Part shown: positions 43,684-53,580 of the stretch, piece by piece | Position numbering within the stretch: position 1 is the first letter of the stretch | How the letters are laid out: each line of letters opens with the position of its first letter | DNA from: an uncultured delta proteobacterium | Lineage (GTDB): Bacteria; Myxococcota_A; Polyangia; Polyangiales; Polyangiaceae | Assembly (NCBI GenBank): GCA_963782055.1 | Contig: CAWAIF010000003.1 | Location: 6,848,001-6,912,000, forward strand | Direction of reading: 5' to 3' | DNA: 64,000 nucleotides | Program-made: the position numbers and the translations under genes | Notes under the pieces: generated by a model | The model's input: the letters and a program-made list of their open reading frames with translations, nothing else | Told to the model about the DNA's origin: nothing | Databases searched by the model: none

Positions 43684-44697
43684 ATGCGCTGGCTCTGGCC
43701 CGTCCTGTTGTGCTGCGCGGCGTGCTCACTGGACCAGGCCGGACTGGGTCAGGCCGACGATGACGGGGGCCTCCTCCCCGACGTGACCCCGGGCGACGTC
43801 ACCGTGCCCGACGTGAACGTGCCCGACACGGGCGCGGCCGACGTGGGCCTGGACGTCGTGGAGGAGCCAGGCCCCCCGCTCCCCTGCACCACCGACGCCA
43901 GCGTCTGCAGCGGCACCGTCCCCCAAGGGTGGAGCCTCGTCGCCTACGAGGCCAACCGTTCGACCGCGTGCCCCGGCAACTTCACGACCACTGACGTCGT
44001 CGCGTCGCCGACGCTGCAGGCGGGCGCGTGCACCTGCTCCTGCAACGTCACCACGCAGCCCTCGTGCGCCCTCGGGACGGTGACGGTGGGCTACTCGGGC
44101 AACAACCAGTGCAACTTCACCCTGCCCCCGATGAACATCACGACCGAGGGGCAGTGCGTGGACTACGGCATCGGCACCTTCACCCCCTTCAGCTACAACT
44201 CGTACACCAAGCTCCCCCTCACGCCGGGCACGTGCACGACGGCGGCGGCCACCGACACGAGCAAGGTCGGCTCCACGCCCACGCGCACGTGCATCCCGCC
44301 GCAGACCTGCGCGGAGGACGTGTGCAACGGGGACGTGCCGCAGGGCATGCGGGCGTGCATCGTGGGGGCCGGCGACGTCGCGTGCCCCGCCGGGCCCTTC
44401 TCCGACAAGGCTGCGGTCGTCGGCAGCGACACCTCGCTCACCTGCGGCGCGTGCAGCGCGTGCAGCGTCACGGCGTCGGCGTGCGGCAACGGCACCGTGA
44501 AGTACTGGGGCGACTCCAGCTGCACGCAGGCCAAGGGGACCATCGCCGCCGACGGCAAGTGCAACGCGACGGGCACCCCCAGCGGCGTGAACCACTTCAC
44601 CTACGAGAACCCCGTCCAGAACGTGAAGTGCAACGCCGGCACCTCCACGCCGACCGCGGACCTGGCCGGCAAGCAGACGGTCTGCTGCCGGCCCTGA
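43684..44697 (+). CDS. Cys-rich lipoprotein
   Basis: Signal ...LLCCAAC; many Cys; ends TVCCRP. Confidence 0.8.
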   Translation: MRWLWPVLLCCAACSLDQAGLGQADDDGGLLPDVTPGDVTVPDVNVPDTGAADVGLDVVEEPGPPLPCTTDASVCSGTVPQGWSLVAYEANRSTACPGNFTTTDVVASPTLQAGACTCSCNVTTQPSCALGTVTVGYSGNNQCNFTLPPMNITTEGQCVDYGIGTFTPFSYNSYTKLPLTPGTCTTAAATDTSKVGSTPTRTCIPPQTCAEDVCNGDVPQGMRACIVGAGDVACPAGPFSDKAAVVGSDTSLTCGACSACSVTASACGNGTVKYWGDSSCTQAKGTIAADGKCNATGTPSGVNHFTYENPVQNVKCNAGTSTPTADLAGKQTVCCRP

Positions 44698-44751
44698 GCG
44701 GAGATCGGATCCCGCTGTCACACCGGACCGCGTTGGACGTAACATCGGGCC

Positions 44752-46197
44752 ATGAAGACCCGCTTCGTCCTCGTAGCCGCCCTGCTGGGCGGTGCCGTCG
44801 CCGTCGGCGCGTGCGTCAGCGACGCGCCGCCCGCCAACAGCTGCTCCGCCACGCAGAAGCTCTGCGCCGGCAAGTGCGTCGCCAGCGACGATCCCGCCAA
44901 CGGCTGCGGCAACGTCGACTGCACCCCGTGTGCGGCGCCGGGCGCGAACGCGACCAGCGCCTGCGTCTCGGGCGCCTGCAGCAACACGTGCGCCGCCGGG
45001 TTCGACGACTGCGACTCCAACCCGGCCAACGGCTGCGAGGCGAAGGTGGACAGCGACGTGGCGAACTGCGGCGCGTGCGGCAACGCGTGCGGCTCGGCGA
45101 ACACCGGCAGCGCCCCGACGTGCCAGGCGGGCAAGTGCGTCTTCTCCTGCAGCCAGGGCTTCGGGCACTGCGGACCCGACGCCGCCGGCTGCGACACCGA
45201 CCTGCAGACGAGCCCGGACAACTGCGGCGCCTGCGGTCACTCGTGCGGCGGCGCCACCTGCACCGGCGGCAAGTGCGATCCCATCCAGCTCACCACGGCC
45301 AACTTGCCGGAAGGCATCGCGGTGGACGCGACCGACGTCTATTACACGCTCCGCGCGGCCGACATGGTGATGCGCATCGGCAAGGACGGCACGTGCAAGC
45401 CCGCGTCGCCCTGCCCGCAGGTGATCGCCAGCGGGGCCGCCCCCGAGGTGCGAGGCCCGGAGGCCGTCATCAGCGACGGGACGAACGTCTACTGGACGGC
45501 CGCGGCCGCCGGGAAGATCGGGTGGGTGCCCGCCGCCGGCGGGACGGTGAACGGCATCGGCACCAACGGGATCACCGGGAACACCGAGCCCGGCGTGCTC
45601 GCCATCGCCGGCGGCAAGCTCTGGTGGACGAGCGGCGCTTCCTCCCTCAACCGCCTGCACCGCGCCGACCTGGACGGCAGCAACATCACCGTCGCCGCCA
45701 CCGGCAGCTTCGCGGGTCGTGGGGGCGTCACCGCGGACGCGAACAACGTCTTCTGGGTCAACGACCAGGGCTCGCTCTACAGCACGGGCTTCAACGACGC
45801 GCAGTGCGCGGAGACGACCTCGTGCAAGCACGTCGCCACCGCCGCCAACGCCGTCGGCATCGCCGTCGACGACACCTACGTCTACTGGACCTCACCCACC
45901 GGAGGCGTCGTGCAGCGCGCCCCCAAAACCGGCGGCTCCAATTCCGTCATCGCCAAGAACCAGGACATGCCGCAGTCCATCGTCGTCGACGGCAAGTACG
46001 TCTACTGGGGCAACATCGGCACCGGCCCGGTGGGCGCCAGCATCCGCCGCGCGCCGATCGCGGGCGGCACGTGCGACGGCGCGGCGTGCGAGGTCTTCGA
46101 GAAGGTCCCCGTCCCCAACGCCCTCGCGATCGACGCCGACGCCCTATACTGGGTGGACAAGAGCGCGAGCGGCGGCGTCTACAAGGTCGTGAAGTAG
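44752..46197 (+). CDS. Lipoprotein with Cys-rich (NCGACG) repeats and C-terminal beta-propeller
   Basis: Lipobox VGAC; NCGACG repeats; IAVD..YVYW blades; same architecture as the broken gene at 39232-40478. Confidence 0.85.
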   Translation: MKTRFVLVAALLGGAVAVGACVSDAPPANSCSATQKLCAGKCVASDDPANGCGNVDCTPCAAPGANATSACVSGACSNTCAAGFDDCDSNPANGCEAKVDSDVANCGACGNACGSANTGSAPTCQAGKCVFSCSQGFGHCGPDAAGCDTDLQTSPDNCGACGHSCGGATCTGGKCDPIQLTTANLPEGIAVDATDVYYTLRAADMVMRIGKDGTCKPASPCPQVIASGAAPEVRGPEAVISDGTNVYWTAAAAGKIGWVPAAGGTVNGIGTNGITGNTEPGVLAIAGGKLWWTSGASSLNRLHRADLDGSNITVAATGSFAGRGGVTADANNVFWVNDQGSLYSTGFNDAQCAETTSCKHVATAANAVGIAVDDTYVYWTSPTGGVVQRAPKTGGSNSVIAKNQDMPQSIVVDGKYVYWGNIGTGPVGASIRRAPIAGGTCDGAACEVFEKVPVPNALAIDADALYWVDKSASGGVYKVVK

Positions 46198-46227
46198 CCG
46201 CCCTCGTTGTCGGGCCATCATCGCCAC

Positions 46228-46899
46228 GTGCGCAGGTCGTCGCTCATCGCGATCGGGGTGGGCGTGGGGCTCGCCGCGTGCCATGGCGCGGCCCAGCCGG
46301 CTGTCGTGCCGCCGGCGTCCTCCGTCGAGGTGCCGCCTCGCACGGCGAAGCCCAACGCCGCGCAGCCGTCGGCGCCCGTGCCGACGGCCATCGCGGGCTT
46401 TCGCTTCGGGATGACGGTGCCGGAGTTTTTGGCGCACTGCGCCGAGGTCGGGCAGCCCAACGCCACGGTCGACGACGACGGCGGCATCCTCCACCACGAG
46501 TGCGATCAGGTGGAGGTGGAGCCCGGGCTGCGCATGGATGTGCTGGTGGGCTTCTGCGGCGATGGCTCGCTGCTCTGCGAGATGGGCTACTTCGCGCAGA
46601 AGGACGCGATCGCCAGGCTCGCGACGCTCGACCGCAACCTGCGCGAGCGCTACGGGCCCGCGCACGACAGCAACACCACACTGCGCGACAGAAACGTCGC
46701 CGCGCAGTGTGCCGGGGATGGTGGAGCGCTCCGCCGCACGTGGTGGTGGGGTCACCCCGGCGCCTTCACCGGCCGCCTGCTCCTCACGTTCGACTGCAAG
46801 CCTAGCAACGATCCGCTCGTGTACGTCGTGTTCGACGACGCGGTCGGGACGGCGCACCAGATCCGCATCGCCCGGGCCGCCGGTGTGTGGCCGTTCTAG
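46228..46899 (+). CDS. Hypothetical lipoprotein
   Basis: Signal RRSSLIAIGVGVGLAAC. Confidence 0.65.
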   Translation: MRRSSLIAIGVGVGLAACHGAAQPAVVPPASSVEVPPRTAKPNAAQPSAPVPTAIAGFRFGMTVPEFLAHCAEVGQPNATVDDDGGILHHECDQVEVEPGLRMDVLVGFCGDGSLLCEMGYFAQKDAIARLATLDRNLRERYGPAHDSNTTLRDRNVAAQCAGDGGALRRTWWWGHPGAFTGRLLLTFDCKPSNDPLVYVVFDDAVGTAHQIRIARAAGVWPF

Positions 46900-47013
46900 A
46901 TGAACGAGCGCGATTCGCGATCGATCCCTGCAGGCCGGATCCAGGCGCCGTGCGTGACACAGAGTGCGCCACCTGTCCTTCTGCCCGGCCGCTCCTTCTC
47001 CGGGATCCCGCGC

Positions 47014-47029
47014 TGGCACCAGCCTTGCT
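47014..47029 (+). promoter_or_regulatory. Sigma-54 -24/-12 promoter
   Basis: TGGCACCAGCCTTGCT is an exact TGGCAC-N5-TTGC match; predicted start site lies just before ATG 47042. Confidence 0.7.
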
Positions 47030-47041
47030 ATCGGCGCGGGC

Positions 47042-47713
47042 ATGAACGCTTCGAGGCTCGGATGGGTGGCGGCGCTGCTGGCGGTCGCGGCGTGCGGTGG
47101 CAAGACGGACGACGCGGCGGGCGACGCCGGCAATGCGGGCGACGCCGCCGCCGATCACGCCACCCCGGCCGACGCCGCACCCCTGCCCGATCACGGCTGC
47201 CCCGGCGCCCAGCCGCAGGAGGGCACAGCCTGCGCGACGGAGACCCTGCAGTGCGAGTACGGCAACGATCCGCGCTGGACCTGCAACTGGGTCGCGACCT
47301 GCGCCAAGGGCCGCTGGTCGGTCGCGACGACGAACGACGCGTGGTGCCCGACGCCCGCCACCAACCCCGCAGCCTGCCCCGCCACCTTCACGGCGGCGTC
47401 GCAGGGCGGCGTGTGCCCGTCGGCGGGCGTACCGTGCGACTACGCGGAGGGCTTCTGCACGTGCCTGCACTACGGGGGACCGCCGTTCCCCGACGCGGGA
47501 CAGCCCGCCGATACGTGGGCCTGCAACTACATTCCGGGCACCGACTGCCCCGCGGCGCGCCCGCGCCTCGGCGAGCCCTGCGCGCCCGCTGGCACCGAGT
47601 GCGACTACGGCGTCTGTGATCTGCCGTCCGGCCTCTCGGTGCAGTGCGACCTGACCACGCACACCTGGCGCACGGGCTCCGGCTCCCCCTGCGCCCTCGG
47701 CGCGTCGAAGTGA
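47042..47713 (+). CDS. Cys-rich lipoprotein
   Basis: Signal ...LLAVAAC; repeated CP...P..G..C....C.Y units. Confidence 0.8.
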   Translation: MNASRLGWVAALLAVAACGGKTDDAAGDAGNAGDAAADHATPADAAPLPDHGCPGAQPQEGTACATETLQCEYGNDPRWTCNWVATCAKGRWSVATTNDAWCPTPATNPAACPATFTAASQGGVCPSAGVPCDYAEGFCTCLHYGGPPFPDAGQPADTWACNYIPGTDCPAARPRLGEPCAPAGTECDYGVCDLPSGLSVQCDLTTHTWRTGSGSPCALGASK

Positions 47714-47724
47714 GGGAGGGTGAT

Positions 47725-47813
47725 GGCTTGGTCACCGCGCTCATGGTAACGCCTCACCGCCCGATGCGCCGCGCCGGGTTTGCATGGCGGGAAGGAGTGC
47801 AGCGCGTGTGCCC
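47725..47813 (-). pseudogene. Remnant of the Uma2 unit: promoter/leader plus first 7 codons (MSAVTKP)
   Basis: Nearly identical to the leader of the five full copies; ATG at 47744. Confidence 0.85.
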
Positions 47814-47862
47814 GAAGCAGGACATGCTTGCGCCGCTCCCGACTCCGCAGTGTGATCAGGGG

Positions 47863-48680
47863 GTGAGCCACGATCTGATGCTCTGGCGGCCGCGTGCGGG
47901 AGCGCGGAGTGACCGGGCCATGGTCTACCTCGTGCTCGCGGGAGGCGCGCCGTGCGATGCCATCGAGCCGCTCGACTGCGCGGTCGTCGAGGAGGATCTC
48001 GACCGGCACTGTCCCGGGTGGCGCAGTGGCGAACGCGGAATGACCGTCGATCTCTGCGCGACGCACCTCGACGTCAGCCTCGCTGCCGGCGAGCGCGGCG
48101 GCGCGGCCCTCACCGCGATCCAGGCGCTGGCCGCCCGGCTTGGGCTCGAGCTCTTCGATCCCGGCGCGGCTCCGATCTCCCCGGCGGAGGACCGTGAGGC
48201 GGCGAGGACTCTCCGCGCGCACGATGCCGAGGCGACTCAGGAGCGCGTGCGCGTGTGGCAGCGCGAGGCCGAGAGCGGCGACGCCGCCGCGATGAACGAG
48301 CTCGGAAACGCCTACTCGATGGGCGAGGGCGTGCCGGAGGACGCCGCGCTCGCGGCGCAATGGTACGCGCGCGCTCGCCGCGCGCTGGCTCGAGCAGGCG
48401 GGCGCGCACGCAGGGCTACACCGAAGGGCTCGTGCGCCTCGCCGAGCTGTATCGGTCCGGCGACCGGATGCCGCGCGATCCCGCCCGCGCCCGGGCCATG
48501 CTGGAGCGTGCTCTCCCGCGAGACGGGCTGGTCGCCGCGTTCATGCTCGCGGAGATGATGGAAGCGGGTGAAGGCGGCGCCGCCGACGTCGAGCGGGCCA
48601 GGCAGCTCTATCGGGGCGCCCTCGAGCACCGCCACCCGGAGGCACGCCTCCGGCTCCGGCGGCTCGGGGAGGATGTGTGA
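47863..48680 (+). pseudogene. SEL1-like repeat protein, frameshifted near 48372-48411
   Basis: AMNELG..Y..GEGVPED...A.QWY in one frame, LAARWLEQA in a second, GY.EG..RLAELY..G in a third. Confidence 0.7.
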
Positions 48681-48788
48681 GACCGGTAGCTCCCTGGGTG
48701 CGATGGACCAATCCCTGAACTCGGCGGGCAGGGCGAGGAGCATCAAGACCCGAGCCTCGGCATACGCATCACCGACGGGCCCGCCGCG

Positions 48789-49493
48789 TCACCTGCCGCC
48801 GCCGCGCTCCGCGAGCAGGGCGCGCAGCCGCGCAACCTCCTCCAGCGCTGCCTCCTTCGCGGCGCGCTCCGCTTCCTTCGCCGCGCGCTCCGCCTCCTCC
48901 GGCGTGGGGGCGAGCACGCCGTCGCGCGCGAGGCGCAGCGCAGCCGGCTCGCCTCTACCCGGTGCGATCACCCACGCGGCGCCCAGCGCGAGGCACGGCG
49001 TCGTGCCGCCGGAAACCGCGCGCTCGACCAGGTCGCCCTCGATGCGGTCCCACGCGCGGATGCGGAGCTCGTCCGCGTCGAAGCACACCACCTCCTGCGT
49101 GCCCAGCGCGCGGTAGCGCTCCAGCTTCTGCTCGAGGGGGATGGCCTCCCGCGTGTCGCTCGGGCTGAGGATCTCCACGCACAGCTCCGGCGTGCCGCGT
49201 TCCCACGTCTTCCACGATGGGAAGCTGTCTTGCGGCGTGCCCAGCTTGACGAAGCCGTCCGGCGCGAGGCACCGGCGAGGATCGCTCGCGTCGAAGTAGA
49301 CGAACTGATCGGCCCCCACCGTGTCCGCCTGCGTGACGGCCGCGAGCAGGATGGCGTGGAGGAGCTCGCACAGATAGAGGTGCCGCAGCGACTGACCCAA
49401 GGCCCACTCCTCCCTCGTGGACGGGAAGTCCACCGGCTGCACCGGACGGAGGTGGCGGAGGGAGGAGGCCTGCGGCTTGGTCACCGCGCTCAT
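48789..49493 (-). CDS. Uma2 family (DUF820, PD-(D/E)XK) endonuclease, copy 1
   Basis: APDGFV...PELCVEILSPSD...KLERY..LG plus EAERAAK coiled-coil tail. Confidence 0.9.
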   Translation of the reverse strand: MSAVTKPQASSLRHLRPVQPVDFPSTREEWALGQSLRHLYLCELLHAILLAAVTQADTVGADQFVYFDASDPRRCLAPDGFVKLGTPQDSFPSWKTWERGTPELCVEILSPSDTREAIPLEQKLERYRALGTQEVVCFDADELRIRAWDRIEGDLVERAVSGGTTPCLALGAAWVIAPGRGEPAALRLARDGVLAPTPEEAERAAKEAERAAKEAALEEVARLRALLAERGGGR

Positions 49494-49546
49494 GGTAACG
49501 CCTCGCCGCCCGATGCGCCGCGCCGGGTTTGCATGGCGGGAAGGAG

Positions 49547-49640
49547 TGCAGCGCGTGTGCCAGCGAGGGAGCGCAGGAATTCGCGGGGTTCGTGGCGGCG
49601 CGCGGGTGTCCGGGGACACCCGCGGGGGACAGGGCGGACA
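49547..49640 (-). promoter_or_regulatory. Sigma-54 promoter plus upstream palindrome, Uma2 copy 1
   Basis: TGGCACACGCGCTGCA (49562-49547); CGCGGGTGTCC-GG-GGACACCCGCG (49601-49624); extra GGACA repeats. Confidence 0.7.
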
Positions 49641-49708
49641 GACGAGGACGCGCAGCCCGGCGACCAGACCGCGCGGTGCCGAAGCTCGAGTGCGGTCGCC
49701 GCCAGCGC

Positions 49709-50179
49709 TCACGGCACGGGCACGATGACGTCGAGCCCGTCGCCGCTCGGGTCCACCTCGCAAATGCCGCTGTGGTGATTGTCCATGCAGTCGCACGACA
49801 GGTCCTGAAGGCACTCGGGCGGCAGGTCGTAGCAGGAGGTCACCCCTGCGTCGGGCGACGGGCAGAGGGCCACTCCCCCGTCGGCGTCGAGGGGCATGGG
49901 CGGCGGCGCGCCCCCCGCGTGCTGGTAGACCACGCAGTAGTGATCCGCGCCTTCGCAGAGACAGTCACCGCAGAGGAAGGGGGCCCCCGCGTCGATGCGG
50001 CGCGGCGCCGGGGGCGAGGCGGCGTCGACCCTGGGCACGAAGTCGGGTCCGCCGTCCACGTCGGTGGGGGCGTCCGCCGTCGCGTCGCGCGTGACGTCGT
50101 CGTGCGCCGGCGCCGTGCCGCAGCCCGCCGCTACCATGCTGATCGCCGGGATGATCCAGGTGCGGAGCGCGCGGGTCAT
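49709..50179 (-). CDS. Small Cys-rich lipoprotein (cargo)
   Basis: Signal ...ISMVAAGC; Cys-rich C-terminus. Confidence 0.7.
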   Translation of the reverse strand: MTRALRTWIIPAISMVAAGCGTAPAHDDVTRDATADAPTDVDGGPDFVPRVDAASPPAPRRIDAGAPFLCGDCLCEGADHYCVVYQHAGGAPPPMPLDADGGVALCPSPDAGVTSCYDLPPECLQDLSCDCMDNHHSGICEVDPSGDGLDVIVPVP

Positions 50180-50199
50180 GGGCTCGAGGATAGCGCACT

Positions 50200-50378
50200 C
50201 GGGGGGGGCGCGGGGGGGCGCGGTGATGGCGACCGCGACGGTGCCGGACGTCAACAGCCCGATGCCCGTCCCGAGCATCGCCGGGCTGCGCACACCGTGA
50301 TCCTCCGCGCTCCGCGGAGGCCGCACCCGGGAGAAGGAGTCCGCCGGCGATGAGGCAGGCAACAAGCAGTCCGCGCAT
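50200..50378 (-). pseudogene. Fragment of a secreted/membrane protein gene
   Basis: MRGLLVACL...ASAE, then a 7-bp duplication (CGCGGAG x2) shifts frame into DHGVRSPAMLGTGIGLL; truncated. Confidence 0.45.
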
Positions 50379-50575
50379 TCGTCAACACTAGCAAGTACGG
50401 CGGCTGCTCGCCGGCCTCGCCCCGGTGCCGTGCGCGCGGCGCCGCGGATGGCTGCGAGGCCTCACGGGGCCGTCGGCGCGTGCGGTACCATCGATGCCGG
50501 GGGATCAGACCGACCCGAGGACGGCGCGGTGTGGAGCCGAGCCTCGGCATACGCATCACCGACGGGCCCGTCGCG

Positions 50576-51280
50576 TCACCTGCCGCCGCCGCGCTCCGTG
50601 AGCAGGGCGCGCAGCCGCGCAACCTCCTCCAGCGCTGCCTCCTTCGCCGCGCGCTCCGCTTCCTTCGCGGCGCGCTCCGCCTCTTCCGGCGTGGGGACGA
50701 GCACGCCGTCGCGCGCGAGGCGCAAGGCAGCCGGCTCGCCTCTACCCGGTGCGATCACCCACGCGGCGCCCAGCGCGAGGCACGGCGTCGTGCCGCCCGT
50801 GACCTCGCGCTCGACCAGATCGCCCTCGATGCGATCCCACGCGCGGATGAGGAGCTCGTCCGCGTCGAAGCACACCACCTCCTGCGCGCCGAGGGCGCGG
50901 TAGCGCTCCAGCTTCTGCTCGAGGGGGATCGCCTCCCGCGTGTCGCTCGGGCTGAGGATCTCCACGCACAGCTCCGGCGTGCCGCGCTCCCACGTCTTCC
51001 ACGAGCCGAAGCGATCCCGCGGATGGCCGAGCTTCACGAATCCGTCCGGCGCGAGGCAGCGCCGGGGATCGCTCGCGTCGAAGTAGATGAATGCGTCGGA
51101 CCCCACCGTGTCATCCGGCGTGACGGCAGCCGCGAGGATGGCGTAGAGCAGGACGCAGAGGTCCAGGTGGCGTGACGATTGACCCAAAGCCCACTCCTCC
51201 CTCGTGGACGGGAAGTCCACCGGCTGCACCGGGCGGAGGTGGCGGATGGAGGAGGCCTGCGGCTTGGTCACCGCGCTCAT
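50576..51280 (-). CDS. Uma2 family endonuclease, copy 2 (most divergent)
   Basis: Same motifs as copy 1; 234 aa. Confidence 0.9.
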   Translation of the reverse strand: MSAVTKPQASSIRHLRPVQPVDFPSTREEWALGQSSRHLDLCVLLYAILAAAVTPDDTVGSDAFIYFDASDPRRCLAPDGFVKLGHPRDRFGSWKTWERGTPELCVEILSPSDTREAIPLEQKLERYRALGAQEVVCFDADELLIRAWDRIEGDLVEREVTGGTTPCLALGAAWVIAPGRGEPAALRLARDGVLVPTPEEAERAAKEAERAAKEAALEEVARLRALLTERGGGR

Positions 51281-51333
51281 GGTAACGCCTCGCCGCCCGA
51301 TGCGCCGCGCCGGGTTTGCATGGCGGGGAGGAG

Positions 51334-51430
51334 TGCAGCGCGCGTGCCGGCGCGAGCGTGCGGGGTTTCTCGGGCTGCGAGGAGGTGGCGGGGTGTCCGG
51401 GGACACCCGAGATGGACAGGGGGGACACCC
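51334..51430 (-). promoter_or_regulatory. Sigma-54 promoter plus palindrome, Uma2 copy 2
   Basis: CGGCACGCGCGCTGCA (51349-51334); TGTCC-GG-GGACA at 51394-51405. Confidence 0.68.
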
Positions 51431-51444
51431 GGTCTGCGCCGCGA

Positions 51445-52497
51445 CTACCGATTGTAGGCCGGCTTCTCCAGCGGCAGCGGCTGCGGGTTGCGCAGCACCC
51501 AGGCGACCGCGAGCGCAGCCAGGCGATCGTTCCCGGCGCCCCCCCGCGCGTGCAGTGAACGCACGATCGACGCGATCTCGGCGATCTCCGACGGCCCGAG
51601 GGGCGTCCCGCGTTGCACGTAGCTCGCCAGGGCGGCCGCCATCTCGGTGTACGGGTCATCCCAGTTCGCCCCGCCGTTGCGCTCCCACTCGTCGGAGATG
51701 CGGCCCGTGATGCGGATGACCTCGCCCTGGACGGTGGCGGCAGGGCCGCGCGACGGCACCAGCAGATCCCACAGCTCCGCGTGCTGCTCCTGCCAGGTCG
51801 TCGTCTTCACGACGATGGGCGCGGCGCCCTCGTGCACGTGCCGGCGAGCCACCGGCGTGACCTCGAAGGTCGTGTAGAGGAAGTCGAGCGCGTCGCTGGC
51901 CGCCGCCACGCCCTCGCGGTTGAACCCCTCGCGATGAAACTCGAACGACTTGCCCGCCTGCGCGACGAAGCCCTTCATCGCCGGGGTGCGCTCGGCGCCG
52001 GCGTCCAGCATGACCTTCACGAAGGCCGGCATGCGATCGAGCTCGGCGTTGGTGCAGCCGCGCAGCGCGAGCTCGAGCGGGGTGAGCCCTTGCTTGTTGC
52101 GCGCATCGACCCGCGCGCCGTGCGCGAGCAAGAGCGCGGCGTTCTCGGTGTGCTTGCGGTCCGCCGCGGCGTGGAGCGGCGTGCCGATGGAGGCGGTGGC
52201 GGCGTTCACGTCGGCGCCGAGCTCCAGGAGCACCGGGATGTTGCCCCGCCAGCTCCGCGCCCGGGTGTGCAGCGGGGTGTTGCCCCAGGTGTCGACGGCG
52301 CCGAGGTCGGCTCCCCGCGCCACCAGCCATCGCGCGAGGGCGTCGGGACACCCGTCGAAGGCGAGGGCGGTCTGCTTCGCGTAGTCTCCGCGGGCATCGA
52401 CCTCGCAGGTCTCGAAGACCGCCTGGAGCGCGGCGAGATCCCCCGCCTCCAGCAGCTCGGCGAAGTTCTTCGGCAGGGTCTTGCGCTTGCTCGGCAC
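51445..52497 (-). CDS. Ankyrin repeat protein (cargo)
   Basis: GNTPLH...LLELGADVN, GTPLHAAA...LLLAHGA and GLTPLELA. Confidence 0.88.
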   Translation of the reverse strand: MPSKRKTLPKNFAELLEAGDLAALQAVFETCEVDARGDYAKQTALAFDGCPDALARWLVARGADLGAVDTWGNTPLHTRARSWRGNIPVLLELGADVNAATASIGTPLHAAADRKHTENAALLLAHGARVDARNKQGLTPLELALRGCTNAELDRMPAFVKVMLDAGAERTPAMKGFVAQAGKSFEFHREGFNREGVAAASDALDFLYTTFEVTPVARRHVHEGAAPIVVKTTTWQEQHAELWDLLVPSRGPAATVQGEVIRITGRISDEWERNGGANWDDPYTEMAAALASYVQRGTPLGPSEIAEIASIVRSLHARGGAGNDRLAALAVAWVLRNPQPLPLEKPAYNR

Positions 52498-52640
52498 GCC
52501 GGCAGGCTACCACGCTCCGTGCGGGTCCCGCCGCCAGGGGCGGCGCTCCGGAACCACCCGTGCGGTCATGACGCGGTCGCGCTCGGAGGAACGGGAGCGT
52601 CACGGGACGCGCTCCGTCAGCGTGGGCCCCCTCGCCTTCA

Positions 52641-53345
52641 TCACGTGCCCCCGCCGCGCTCCGCGAGCAGGGCGCGCAGCCGCGCGAGCTCCTCGAGGGC
52701 CTTCGCCTCCCGCGCGAGCGCTGCTTCCTTCTCCGCGCGCTCTGCCTCCTCCGGCGTGGGGACGAGCACGCCGTCGCGCGCGAGGCGCAGCGCAGCCGGC
52801 TCGCCTCTACCCGGTGCGATCACCCACGCGGCGCCCAGCGCGAGGCACGGCGTGGTGCCGCCCGTGATCTCGCGCTCGACCAGATCGCCCTCGATGCGGT
52901 CCCACGCGCGGATGCGGAGCTCGTCCGCGTCGAAGCACACCACCTCCTGCACGCCGAGGGCGCGGTAGCGCTCCAGCTTCTGCTCGAGGGGGATCGCCTC
53001 CCGCGTGTCGCTCGGACTGAGGATCTCCACGCACAGCTCCGGCGTGCCGCGCTCCCACGTCTTCCACGATGGGAAGCTGTCTTGCGGCGTGCCCAGCTTG
53101 ACGAAGCCGTCCGGCGCGAGGCACCGGCGAGGATCGCTCGCGTCGAAGTAGACGAACTGATCGGCCCCGACCGTGTCCGCCGGCGTGACGGCGGCGCGAA
53201 GGATGGCGTGCAGGAGCTCGCAGAGATCCAGATGGCGCAGCGACTGACCCAAGGCCCACTCCTCCCTCGTGGACGGGAAGTCCACCGGCTGCACCGGACG
53301 GAGGTGGCGGAGGGAGGAGGCCTGCGGCTTGGTCACCGCGCTCAT
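52641..53345 (-). CDS. Uma2 family endonuclease, copy 3
   Basis: Same motifs; 234 aa. Confidence 0.9.
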   Translation of the reverse strand: MSAVTKPQASSLRHLRPVQPVDFPSTREEWALGQSLRHLDLCELLHAILRAAVTPADTVGADQFVYFDASDPRRCLAPDGFVKLGTPQDSFPSWKTWERGTPELCVEILSPSDTREAIPLEQKLERYRALGVQEVVCFDADELRIRAWDRIEGDLVEREITGGTTPCLALGAAWVIAPGRGEPAALRLARDGVLVPTPEEAERAEKEAALAREAKALEELARLRALLAERGGGT

Positions 53346-53398
53346 GGTAACGCCTCGCCGCCCGATGCGCCGCGCCGGGTTTGCATGACGAGGAGGAG

Positions 53399-53490
53399 TG
53401 CAGCGCGTGTGCCAGCGAGCCGGTGCGGGATTTCGCGGCTGCGCGCGCGCGCGGGGTGTCCGGGGACACCCGCGGGGGACAGGGGGGACA
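53399..53490 (-). promoter_or_regulatory. Sigma-54 promoter plus palindrome, Uma2 copy 3 (intergenic region shared with the divergent WYL gene)
   Basis: TGGCACACGCGCTGCA (53414-53399); TGTCC-GG-GGACA at 53457-53468. Confidence 0.7.
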
Positions 53491-53580
53491 GCCCGCGAGG
53501 AGCGGGGCTGTCCGCGTCGAGGTAGGCGGCGCGCTCCGCGGGCGCTGTCCGCTGCTCCCCACGCAGACTAGGATGCAGCC

